From Microcoleaceae cyanobacterium (GTDB lineage Bacteria > Cyanobacteriota > Cyanobacteriia > Cyanobacteriales > Microcoleaceae): a DNA stretch of 64,000 nt. The notes below the pieces were generated by a model. The model was given only the letters and a program-made list of their open reading frames with translations, was not told where the DNA came from and searched no databases. Both the position numbers and the translations under genes were made by a program. This document shows positions 7,244-16,884 of the stretch, piece by piece (positions within the stretch are counted from its first letter, which is position 1; each line of letters begins with the position of its first letter). The stretch covers positions 32,001 to 96,000 of the forward strand of contig JBOFUV010000148.1 in the NCBI GenBank assembly GCA_051652765.1, written 5' to 3'.

Positions 7244-10012
7244 CTATTTCTGGCCGGGTTTGGACACAACAACAGGTTGAGCGGATCGACCGGGCAACCA
7301 AGTCCGAACTCGATCGGGCAGTCGGTGAACCATCCTTGCCATGGAGTCCAGCTGCGAACTAGACCGTTTGGCAAAGGTGATGTGGGCAACTTGTCCCAAG
7401 CCACAAAGTTGCTGGGCTTGACCATGATCGGGTGGGGGTGGAATTTTGACAGTTACTCGTTTGAGAAAGGGTTCATCCATCAGTTCGGCAGGAATTGTGG
7501 GTGACAACGCCTGGACTTGCATTCGGCGACCCTGGTTATCAATATCTCCCAATGTTCCCGGTAGAGCTTCTGGACTAAGCTTTGTCATAGGCTGGATTAA
7601 ATCAACTTCTCCTTTAAGGATTTGGGAATGGCTCCCTAAGCGCACCTGAACCGGTTGTTGAAGATCAATCCGACTAGCATCTTCTGCACTCACCACCGTT
7701 TCTACCCAGAGGTTGTTGCAATCCAACAAACTCAGAACAGCTTCAGACTGATTGACGATTTCGCCTTTTTCGCGCTCAGTCCGATAGACGATGCTAGAAA
7801 ATGGTGCTGTCAATTGCATTTCAATGGGGGGTTGATTCTGTTGCTGGAGTTGTTGCTGTCCTGAGACGGCTTGCTGTTGTAACTGAAGTTGTTCTTTGTG
7901 GAGCTTTTCCTGTGCTTGTTGCACCCGCACCTGCTCTTGCCGAAGGCTTTCCTGATTGACCTTTTCTGCCTGCATCTGAGTCCTACGCACGTTGTAAAGG
8001 TTTTCTGCCAAAACAAGCTGATGCTCTAGATTCGACACTTCAGTCACCAACGTGTTCGCGGTGGCAGATTGCTGCTCTAGTTGCTGATCCAGTTGCGAAG
8101 CTTCCTGGGTCAGGGCATTAGAATATTTGTTGTTGGCGGTCAGTCCAGCCTCGGTAGCATTGAAGGAAACCTCAGATGCTCGTAGAGCTTCTTTGGCTAC
8201 GGTGACTTCCGCTTGGGCTGCTTCCCACGCGGCTCTGAGTTGATCGACCCGTTGAGCAGGAGCAACTCCTTCAATTTGGAGAGCTTGAAAGCGTTCGTAT
8301 TCACTGCGAGCAAATTTGGCGTGGGCAGTTGCCTGATCCAGGAGTGCCTGTTTTTGGGGAACGTCTGTGGCATTAACACTGATTTCCACAGTGCGCCGTT
8401 GCTGGTATTCCTGCTGAATTTCCTGTAGACGACTTGCGATTGAGCGCTTAGAGCGTTCTGCTGCTTCGAGTTGACCCTGTTTAGTTTCCAGGTCGCCTCG
8501 GAGTTGTAGGATCTCTTGCTGAGCTTTGTAGGATAAATCCTCTAACCTAGTATATTGCGTGTTATCGGTTTTTATAGGTTCAACCTTAGGCGGTTCTGAT
8601 TTGAATTCCATCAAGGTTACGGGCTTGGATTGCTCGTACAGCTCTCTGTCACCTGGAATTCGTTCAATTCGGGCTAATACTTGATTGGCATCCACAACGG
8701 CCCCTGGACGGGCATAGAACTCTGTGATGTTGCCGTTGATGGGCGATCGCAACCGCACCAAACGACCATTGACAACCCCCTGGTTCACAGTCATGTTGGT
8801 CATGCGATGCAAAATCGATGTTGCTGCAATCCCGACTGCTGCTAAACTTGCTCCAACAAACGCCGTGCCAACAAAAAAGCGCCAAACCACACTCGGCTTT
8901 TTTTCAGGGAGCACGGGTCTGGGATTGAAGGGCTTGATTTCAGAACGGCTAGGTTCTGGTTTGCTGATTTGACTCTGGGAAGTGCCTGATACCGTTAACA
9001 CAACCGGCAATCCTTCTGGATGAACCGGAACCAGAGTTGAAGCAGGCGGGGGTTCTGAGGAAAGTGTGAGCGAAGGTTCTGCAGGCTCAACCGCACTTAA
9101 TACTTCAGCGGGCAACGCTTCAGAGGCAAGATTTGGCAAGGGCAGAGGGGAGTTCAAGGGCAGTCGATCGGGTTGGGCGGCTCTGGTTGCTACATCATCC
9201 TCTTCCAATTGAGTCGCAAATATATTGATCCAGGGAGCGAGTTGGGGAGTGGGTTCTGGTAGACGCAGCAAATTCCCTTGAATACCGTCTAGGTCAATTT
9301 CCAGAACCCGTTTTAACGTCTGCTGATCAGCCACGGATTTCACCGTAACTTGACCCAAGGTATGACTAATCTCCTGCAAACGCCTCACCAGAGCAACTCG
9401 TTTTGAGGTGGCTCGAATTTCTTCCAGAAACTGAGGATGCAGTTTCACTAAATCGACGGGGAGTTGCTTGCACTGAGCCAGGGTTAGTTCTTGCCCGGTA
9501 AAGCTGTCGATCACAAATAGGCAACCCAAGGCCGTTAAACCCTGAACAAATGCCAAAGCCGTTGAGAAGTTTTGGGCAATTACAGATTCAGCCAATTCAA
9601 AGCTGAGTTGTCGGGGCTGTAGCTTACTATTGGTGATCCAGAGCTTTAGATCTTGTAAAAACGTTTGATCGTCAAATACCAGATCTGAGAGATTGATAGA
9701 CAGGTGCAGTCTGGGAAAGGGCAGAAGAGCTTCAATTGCTTTTCCGACAACATACCGATCAAGTTGAGGTAATAGTCCCATATCTGCCAAGATGGGCATA
9801 AACTCGTCTGGCAAATAGAGTTTGCCTTGAAAATCTCGCCACCGTAACAACACCTCATTGTGCAACACTTCGTAATTGCTGGTGAAGTACGTTGGCTGAT
9901 ACCAAAGCTCAAATTGTCCAACTTCAAAGGACTGTTCACTAGAGTTCCAAGAATTTGTGCTGGTTTTTGATTCTGGGTGATACATCTTGGTAATGATGAA
10001 GGTAAATTGCAA
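7244..10012 (-). CDS. Degenerate EAL domain + TM + HlyD/MFP protein (Alg44-like copolymerase)
   Basis: N-terminal YQP...EVLLR...SINLS...FELAE EAL fold; Pro-rich linker; TM FFVGTAFVGASLAAVGIAA; LRSPINGNI and LTAPFSSIV lipoyl halves around a long coiled coil; LSLLDC. Confidence 0.85.
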   Translation of the reverse strand: MQFTFIITKMYHPESKTSTNSWNSSEQSFEVGQFELWYQPTYFTSNYEVLHNEVLLRWRDFQGKLYLPDEFMPILADMGLLPQLDRYVVGKAIEALLPFPRLHLSINLSDLVFDDQTFLQDLKLWITNSKLQPRQLSFELAESVIAQNFSTALAFVQGLTALGCLFVIDSFTGQELTLAQCKQLPVDLVKLHPQFLEEIRATSKRVALVRRLQEISHTLGQVTVKSVADQQTLKRVLEIDLDGIQGNLLRLPEPTPQLAPWINIFATQLEEDDVATRAAQPDRLPLNSPLPLPNLASEALPAEVLSAVEPAEPSLTLSSEPPPASTLVPVHPEGLPVVLTVSGTSQSQISKPEPSRSEIKPFNPRPVLPEKKPSVVWRFFVGTAFVGASLAAVGIAATSILHRMTNMTVNQGVVNGRLVRLRSPINGNITEFYARPGAVVDANQVLARIERIPGDRELYEQSKPVTLMEFKSEPPKVEPIKTDNTQYTRLEDLSYKAQQEILQLRGDLETKQGQLEAAERSKRSIASRLQEIQQEYQQRRTVEISVNATDVPQKQALLDQATAHAKFARSEYERFQALQIEGVAPAQRVDQLRAAWEAAQAEVTVAKEALRASEVSFNATEAGLTANNKYSNALTQEASQLDQQLEQQSATANTLVTEVSNLEHQLVLAENLYNVRRTQMQAEKVNQESLRQEQVRVQQAQEKLHKEQLQLQQQAVSGQQQLQQQNQPPIEMQLTAPFSSIVYRTEREKGEIVNQSEAVLSLLDCNNLWVETVVSAEDASRIDLQQPVQVRLGSHSQILKGEVDLIQPMTKLSPEALPGTLGDIDNQGRRMQVQALSPTIPAELMDEPFLKRVTVKIPPPPDHGQAQQLCGLGQVAHITFAKRSSSQLDSMARMVHRLPDRVRTWLPGRSAQPVVVSKPGQK

Positions 10013-11009
10013 TGGAGTGTTAGCACCTCCTCAGGTTGTTGATTCTCAACTCCTGAGGCTCAGTTAGCTAGGGAGTTCAGCTAGAGATTTTTGGATTGTT
10101 CCTAATGGGAGCAATTCACCCACCTCGTTGGACTGAATCATACTGATATCTAATCTGGGAGGTTTTGCCGATCCGGCTACGGCGATCCGTTACCGCAATC
10201 CCGCTACGCTCAGAAAAATTTGGTAAAAAAACTCTGAACCCAACCTAAGTTGAGAGTAAGTGGTTTTCTGACCCGGAACAAATCTGATCCGGAAAAAAAG
10301 ATAAGTCTAGTATCTGCACCCTCTAGCTAGAAACAGTGGGCTTGATTTTCTTCTCACTGCTTCTTATTTGATTTTTCACAACTAACCCGTAGAACACCAC
10401 TTAGCAGAATAGAGACGCAGATGAGATACAGATACGTAAACATTCGTATTCTAGTCCTGAGTTCTCACTCCAAACAAGAGGGTTTTATGAAAAACCGGAT
10501 TAAAAGTGTAAAGTTTTGATGAACAATTGCTCTCTACAGTGATAGCCACCTCATGCCTTGATCTGAGCGATTGGGCCCATGGAGCAGCAGGCCCTTGCCC
10601 AATTTAACCAGATGAGTTTCCCACAAACTTAGGGATAGTCATGGAAACAGGGACAATGATACTGAAAATCTTAAAAGTTAACCACTCTTGCTCTGTATTT
10701 TCCAACATACAAATCTGTGTGTAATAAATCTGACAATGCTTGAAGTAAAAATCTGACTGAATTGTATTTTGACTCCACCTTAGCAGGCAGTTGCTTCATG
10801 ACTAAACTCTAAAAGGTTCAGCAGAAAGCGTCGTCATTTCTGGAGTTTTATAAAGCGAAACTAAGGGTAGAGCCATTGAAATATTCCAAACCAAATTTGG
10901 AATTGAACTTGTCTAACACGAGCTGCTTGTGCAGGAATGGCGGAGAACTAGCTACCGTTATAATCCAAAATAGACTTTTTGCGATCAACGACTCAAGCCC
11001 TCAACTCCC

Positions 11010-12089
11010 GTGAAACTCGAATCTCTGCTTAATCCTCTAACTGTTACCCTTGTTGGCCAATTTGCCCAACTTGCTTTAAATTGCATCACCCGTGAATATC
11101 CCCATGTTCACCGCTACTGGTTAGCAAATGCCAAAGATTTCGTGCCCCCTAGACAGTTGACCCCAGCATTCTACGGTTGCCTGGATTGGCACTCGGCGGT
11201 ACATAGTCATTGGACTCTAGTTCGGGCGATTAGATGTTGTCCTGATCTGAGCTTTGAACAGGAAGCAAGGGCAGCCATCACTCAAAACCTCACTCCACAG
11301 AAGATCGCCCTCGAGGTGAACTATCTCGAATCTCAACCCCGCTTTGAGTGTCCCTATGGGTTGGCTTGGCTCTTACAGTTGATGGCAGAGTTGACGGAAT
11401 GGCCAGATCCCCAAGCTCAAACCTGGTTAGCTCAGCTCAAACCGTTAGAAACAGTAGCCGTGCATAACCTCCAAACTTGGATGACGGGCTTAACGTATCC
11501 TGATCGCACCGGAACCCACAATCAAACGGCTTTTGCCCTTGGCCTAATCTGGGATTGGGCTACGGTCACCTGCAATCAATCTGTGATCACTCAGATTCAG
11601 CAATTGACCCAACAGTTCTATTACAAAGATTGTAATTACCCTCTTTATCTTGAGCCGTTAGGCTATGATTTTCTTTCACCCAGTTTGGCCGAGGCAGACC
11701 TGATGCGTCGTTGTTTTGCTCCTGAGTCTTTTGCGCTCTGGTTCACGGCGTTCCTCCCAAAAGTTTTAGATCAAAAAACCTTAGATCAACAAGCCTTAGA
11801 TCAGGATGAACTTAGATGGCTCCAGCCTGTTCACATTCAAAATCCTGAAGATTATAGTCAATCTCATCTTGAGGGCTTAAACCTAAGTCGTGCCTGGATG
11901 CTAGAAGGAATCATTAACGGATTGCCAGAACAAGATCCCCGAATTTCAACCTTGCAACAGACTGCATTAATTCATCGTCAAGCTGGATTTAATCCAGTTT
12001 CAATCCATCACTATGGAGGCAGCCATTGGTTAGGGAGCTTTGCAGTTTATTTAATAACTCAAAGAGGTTTAATCCCCTTAAAACGATGA
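11010..12089 (+). CDS. DUF2891 family protein
   Basis: PAFYGCLDWHSAVHSHW, FECPYGLAW, GTHNQTAF, HLEGLNLSRAW, HYGGSHWLGSFA. Confidence 0.88.
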   Translation: MKLESLLNPLTVTLVGQFAQLALNCITREYPHVHRYWLANAKDFVPPRQLTPAFYGCLDWHSAVHSHWTLVRAIRCCPDLSFEQEARAAITQNLTPQKIALEVNYLESQPRFECPYGLAWLLQLMAELTEWPDPQAQTWLAQLKPLETVAVHNLQTWMTGLTYPDRTGTHNQTAFALGLIWDWATVTCNQSVITQIQQLTQQFYYKDCNYPLYLEPLGYDFLSPSLAEADLMRRCFAPESFALWFTAFLPKVLDQKTLDQQALDQDELRWLQPVHIQNPEDYSQSHLEGLNLSRAWMLEGIINGLPEQDPRISTLQQTALIHRQAGFNPVSIHHYGGSHWLGSFAVYLITQRGLIPLKR

Positions 12090-12111
12090 TTAAATACTAT
12101 GACTGAAGACT

Positions 12112-13116
12112 ATGACTGAACTCAGACAGAACTTAATTACTAGAGATTGGGTGATCATCGCCACTGAACGAGCGAAAAGACCCGATCAATTTACTAAAGC
12201 TGAAGTTAGAAAGATTAAGCTCCCTCCCTACCGAGAAGAATGTCCCTTTTGTCGGGGCAATGAACACCTCACAGGTAGTGATGAAACGCTACGATTGCAG
12301 GAGGATGATGACACAAACTGGAAAGTTCGAGTCGTCGGCAATCGATACCCAGCCCTATCTTCAACTGGAGAGCGAGTTCGGTGTATTGATGGTATTTTTC
12401 GGTCTCTGTCTGGGGTGGGATTTCATGAAGTTGTAATCGAATATCCGCATCATCACCTCACAACGGCTTTGATGAAAGTTGAGGATGTTGCTAACATTTT
12501 AAGGGTCTATAAAAGACGCTATATTGAACTCCGAAAAGATCCTCGGGTTGAAACAATTATTATTTTTAAAAACCACGGTCGGGGGGCAGGAACCTCCTTG
12601 GAACATCCCCATTCTCAAATTGCCGCACTCCCCATTGTGCCCTACCAATGGCGCGATCGCGCCGAAGAAGCTATCCGACATTATGATGACACCGGAGAAT
12701 GTATTTTCTGTCGAACTTTAGCAGAAGAACTCGAAGCCAAAGAACGAGTATTTTGTGAGACACAACACTTTGTTGCTTTTATTCCCTATGCAGCTCTCTC
12801 TCCATTTCACACCTGGATTTTTCCCCGTCGCCATGCCTCTTCCTTTGATGAAATTACGGAGGTAGAAATTGTTGATCTGGCTGAAAATCTAAAAACGGTT
12901 TTAGCAAAATATTACTTCGGATTACATAATCCAGATTTCAATTACACGATTCGTTCTATCCCAACCTCGGAACAACGCACCGACTATTTTCATTGGTACA
13001 TTGCAATTGTTCCCAGAGTTTCCTTAGCGGCTGGCTTTGAGTTGGGAAGTGGGATGTATATCAATACGGCCTTACCCGAAGAAAGTGCTGCTTTTTTGCG
13101 GAATATAAGTGCATAA
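12112..13116 (+). CDS. galT: Galactose-1-phosphate uridylyltransferase (HIT family)
   Basis: ERAKRP, CPFC, GTSLEHPHSQ, AGFELGSG. Confidence 0.9.
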   Translation: MTELRQNLITRDWVIIATERAKRPDQFTKAEVRKIKLPPYREECPFCRGNEHLTGSDETLRLQEDDDTNWKVRVVGNRYPALSSTGERVRCIDGIFRSLSGVGFHEVVIEYPHHHLTTALMKVEDVANILRVYKRRYIELRKDPRVETIIIFKNHGRGAGTSLEHPHSQIAALPIVPYQWRDRAEEAIRHYDDTGECIFCRTLAEELEAKERVFCETQHFVAFIPYAALSPFHTWIFPRRHASSFDEITEVEIVDLAENLKTVLAKYYFGLHNPDFNYTIRSIPTSEQRTDYFHWYIAIVPRVSLAAGFELGSGMYINTALPEESAAFLRNISA

Positions 13117-13227
13117 ATTCAGACAACAACTTAAATAATTGGGGTTAATGAAACTTAATCAATCTATTGACAAAAAGGGTTGGTGGGGCGCTCCCCTCTC
13201 TTAAGCAAACCTTATCTAGATTGGATC

Positions 13228-15231
13228 TCACGCTCTTAGAAGTAAGGCTAATAAGCTGACAGAAATCGTAGTGGGCTTAACCCCTTCACTTAAGATTAAG
13301 TTCTTCTCATCGGTATCCTTCACCAATTCAATAACGAAAGCAGAGGTTTCCAGTTCTGCCTTGACTCCATCGGTATAGTCCCGCAGGAGTTTTTGAACTG
13401 ATTTAATTCCCTTCCAAGTGTTCAACTTCTTGAGCGTATCTTTCACCGTTTTGCGATCGAGTCCATCGGGAAGGCTATCTAACGCACTGATTCTCTATAG
13501 CTCATAGTCGGTTTCGCTAAAGCCCAGTTCGCCCATCTCGCGTTTCCAGTTGTCATGCAACTTGCGAATAGCGACGATCGCAATTTTGGCTTGTCCATTA
13601 GTAGCGCGGTAGAGCCGAGAGACGGTAGCTGCCAAACGGGTCTTACCTAAACCTACCGCATCGGCACAGACAGAAATGCCAAAGTCCTGCATGACCCGCA
13701 GGCAATGTTGAGCGCCTGATTTCTGGTGTTCAAACAGCGTTCCTTGATTCACCAGTTCATCGAGCAAATCGCTTTGCTCTACTCGAAATTGCCGGGGGCG
13801 TTGCTGTGCTAGCCAGTAGAGGAAATCATTGGGTGTGCCATACTGCCCAGACAGGATGAGTTCTACAGCCTGCTGGAATCCTTCGATCTCGTCAAAGTTG
13901 GGCAGTGCTTCAACTTGGCTGACTTGGGGCGGATGCTTCGGCTGAACGTTATATTCTCCACCTGCATTGTCTTTAACTCGAAAATCGGGGATGGGTTGGG
14001 GCGGGTGATCGGGGGAAACGGTGAAGTCGGCGGTAATCTCCTCTGGGGTCTGTTCGGTGATGTTGACTTCGACAAGGGTGTTGTCTGGAACGGTGATGCT
14101 ATCGACCTGATCAAGGTTGTCGCCTGTGATTTTGACTTCGGTGGTTTCGCCTGGTTGAAGCTCGTCGGGAGTAATTTGATCAATACGGGGCTGTCGCTGT
14201 TGGAGGCGGCGATCGTACTCTTGCAAAACTTGCTGTAAGAATTCTTGAGTCAGATCATAGGCAAGGTCTTGATGCTGCCACTCGCTATCAAACTCTTGAA
14301 TACTTTGCTCGATCGTTTCTTGGTCAAGCTGCTCCCAGGAATAGAGAAAGGTGACGCTTTCAGCGTTGCAAGAGTGGGCAGCACGAGTGAAGTTGTCGGA
14401 GCCTTCGTGCAGGACGTGGTTATCGAGGCGATCACTATAAATGCCTGTTTTTTTGTGATAAAGCGAGCGCTGCTGACTCATCTTAATCAGCTTGATTTCC
14501 AAGAAGCCCAACCGCACCAATTCAGCCATGATCTGGGTGCCATTGAAGGCATTTTCTTCTAGTCCTTGAAGAAATTGATGCAACGTGCGTTGAATGAATT
14601 GGGCGCGATAGTCAGGGCTATGTAGCTTTTCGAGTTCTGCCACATCAGCGCGTTTGGTGAACCCCTGCCAGTCCATTAGCAGCCGAATCTGTCCTTCGGT
14701 TTGGACAATGGTTTGCAGGGGTTCTTCGTAGAGTTTGAGCACGCCACTATCAAAGTAGGCGGTGGAACGGCGGTAAATGCTGCTGCGTTCCAGCATCTGG
14801 GCCGTGACTTTGTTGTATGGCTCTAACTGATCAGGGAGGTTGTAGCGTCGTTTAATGCCTTTGATTTCCCGAAAACTGCCGCTGAGTAGAGCAGGTTCTT
14901 TGGTGGTGCGCTCCAGAGTCAGGAATTTTTCAATGATTTTGAGGTTGCCTGTGCGAAGTAACGCAGGGGAGGGCAGATCGCCCGGTTTGCGGGGATTGTA
15001 GGTGTAGATTTTGGCAGTGCTGGGGTCAATCCGAATCACCCTATGGGGAAGGGCTTTATCCTTAAAACCCAGTAGGGAGACGATGTTTTTCAGAAAGTTG
15101 CCACCCTTGTCAGCATCTCGATGCCGAAAAACAAGCCAGTATTGACCCCCAACCCCTTTAACCGAGTTGCCCTGAAGCAGATAGTAGGGTCGTTGCTGGC
15201 GAACTAAATTTTGGATGACGGCTTCGAGCAT
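13228..15231 (-). pseudogene. PLD-domain / Ig-like / SNF2-type helicase gene with a large internal deletion
   Basis: STAYF, HKKTGIYSD and GSDNFT (PLD); ADAVGLGKT (Walker A). A TAG at 13497-13495 follows motif Ia, and the same frame continues (RISALDSLPDGLDRKTVKD...) to 13228. Helicase motifs II-VI are absent. Confidence 0.8.
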
Positions 15232-15250
15232 GGGGAGGAGGTCTGAAGTC

Positions 15251-15384
15251 TTAGTAGAGGGTCAAAATTTCAAGGGTTGAGTCATCGGTTAAAGCTTGAA
15301 TATCAGTCAGGTGCGATCAGGGAATAGGTCGGCTAACCGATTAGCCAGACGGGGCGATAAGTTGTGATCAAATAACAGCTTCAT
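15251..15384 (-). pseudogene. DUF5615 (VapC45-like PIN) toxin remnant, internally deleted
   Basis: Hand translation: MKLLFDHNLSPRLANRLADLFPD joined out of frame to (S)HLTDIQALTDDSTLEILTLY*. Its ATG overlaps the DUF433 stop. Confidence 0.8.
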
Positions 15385-15605
15385 GCCTGAACCAATAAAG
15401 TCTGACGTTCTCGATCGGCGGCATAGCTTAGGCAAGCCAGAATGTCTTCTTGGGTGAGATAGGGAAAGTCATCAAGAATCTCTTGATAGGTCATGCCAGA
15501 AGCAAGATAGGAAAGTACGTCATAGACTGTGATCCGCATTCCGCGAATGCAAGGTTTGCCGCTGCGTTTGCCCGGTTCGATCGTGATTCTTTCGCGATAG
15601 TTCAT
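15381..15605 (-). CDS. DUF433 family antitoxin
   Basis: MNYRERITIEPGKRSGKPCIRGMRITVYDVL...GMT..EIL.DFP.LT.EDI.ACL.YAA. Confidence 0.92.
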   Translation of the reverse strand: MNYRERITIEPGKRSGKPCIRGMRITVYDVLSYLASGMTYQEILDDFPYLTQEDILACLSYAADRERQTLLVQA

Positions 15606-15639
15606 CGTTTGGTTCCTCCAAGTGGTTTGAGTGATCAGT

Positions 15640-16884
15640 TTATTCAAGGGGCCAACCTGGAATGGCGGCATCAATTTGCTGCATCAAGCTCATAGTTTCT
15701 TGCAACGCCACAACAATGCGTTGATAGTGAACAATGTCTTCTAGGCTGAGAGTGCGACCTTTTCGATCTTTTAACCACTTGTGACAGACTTGATAGCCGC
15801 CAACATAAAATTCCCAGACGGCGTTGGGCACTCCGGTAAATTTGTCGCCCTTCTTGTTGATCAGGACACTGCTGGAGCTTTCGTCATACTTGGGATGTCC
15901 TGGATCAACGGTGCAATTTCCCTCAGCTTCTACGAATTGAGTAATGAGCGTGTCGAGTTTAGGAGACTTCATCAAATGTAATGCAACCAGTTCTTCACCA
16001 TAGGCTGAGAGTTGACGAAAAAGCTCATCATTACTGGTGAGCGGAACGCGAGGAAAGTCAATTTTCAGGAATTCAGCGTAGCGGCTGCGGTAAGTAGGAG
16101 CATGGAAAATGCCATAGATGTAATAAAAAATGGCTTCGGGGGTGGGAGTATAGCCAAGTTTGCCGGTGATGTCTTTGAGGAAGTCGGGTGAGAAGTTGGG
16201 GCGACGATGTTCTATTTCTGTGGATTGCTGAGAATTGCTATTGTCAGGATAGAGATAAAGAGGAAAATCATAATTTGACTCTTTCGTTATATTTGAGATT
16301 AAACAATCATTAGGTACTAAATTAGTGATAAAAAAATGACAATACTTCAATGTTGAAATTTGACGCGAACAGATTAGGCATAAATTCTGCTTCTTGAAGA
16401 TATGCTTCCTTAATTCAGGTCTAGCTCTATCCATTATCGAATCTGAGTAAAACATAAACCTGTTGTCAAAGGGTCTATATCCACAAAGTTCTAAATACTC
16501 CCAGATATTCTCTTCTTTTCCTAATTCTTTTGACGCTTGTTTCCAGTTCCAATTTCCAATTTTATACTTTTTGGAGAAATCTGGATCATTTAAATCAGCA
16601 TTGACTAAATCAGTGATCTTATGTATCAAAGTATCTTTTGTAAAATCAATTGCATAATGATCTCTATGGCTTTTAAATCCATAGACATGACTAGGCATTA
16701 CCTCTGTGATTTTCCAACAGGCTTGATATTCACCCAACAAGTCATTATTTTGCGGAATAAACAAATGAAAGGGTTTTTGGGGTGCAAGTTCTGTCCATGT
16801 CGTTGAAGAGACATCATGACTCAACAGCCACTCATACTTACTTTCTCTATTGCCATACAGATGCGCGTGATAAATTTTGGTCAT
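15640..16884 (-). CDS. Type ISP (LlaBIII-like) C-terminal target-recognition domain, encoded as a separate ORF
   Basis: IYHAHLYGNRESKY, YRPFD, FPLYLY, IFYYIYGIFHAPTYRSRY..FLKIDFPRVP, VWEFYVGGYQVCHKWLKDRKGR. Confidence 0.88.
   Translation of the reverse strand: MTKIYHAHLYGNRESKYEWLLSHDVSSTTWTELAPQKPFHLFIPQNNDLLGEYQACWKITEVMPSHVYGFKSHRDHYAIDFTKDTLIHKITDLVNADLNDPDFSKKYKIGNWNWKQASKELGKEENIWEYLELCGYRPFDNRFMFYSDSIMDRARPELRKHIFKKQNLCLICSRQISTLKYCHFFITNLVPNDCLISNITKESNYDFPLYLYPDNSNSQQSTEIEHRRPNFSPDFLKDITGKLGYTPTPEAIFYYIYGIFHAPTYRSRYAEFLKIDFPRVPLTSNDELFRQLSAYGEELVALHLMKSPKLDTLITQFVEAEGNCTVDPGHPKYDESSSSVLINKKGDKFTGVPNAVWEFYVGGYQVCHKWLKDRKGRTLSLEDIVHYQRIVVALQETMSLMQQIDAAIPGWPLE

Noticed and set aside
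10013..11009. Possible c-di-GMP riboswitch upstream of the EPS locus
   Set aside because: I could not find the GEMM-I consensus (GGCAAA..GAAA..GACGCAAA) on either strand by eye; an Rfam scan would be needed.
11010..13116. DUF2891 and galT as part of the alginate-like pathway
   Set aside because: They are divergent and 1 kb away, and GalT chemistry does not supply GDP-mannuronate. Only proximity supports a link.
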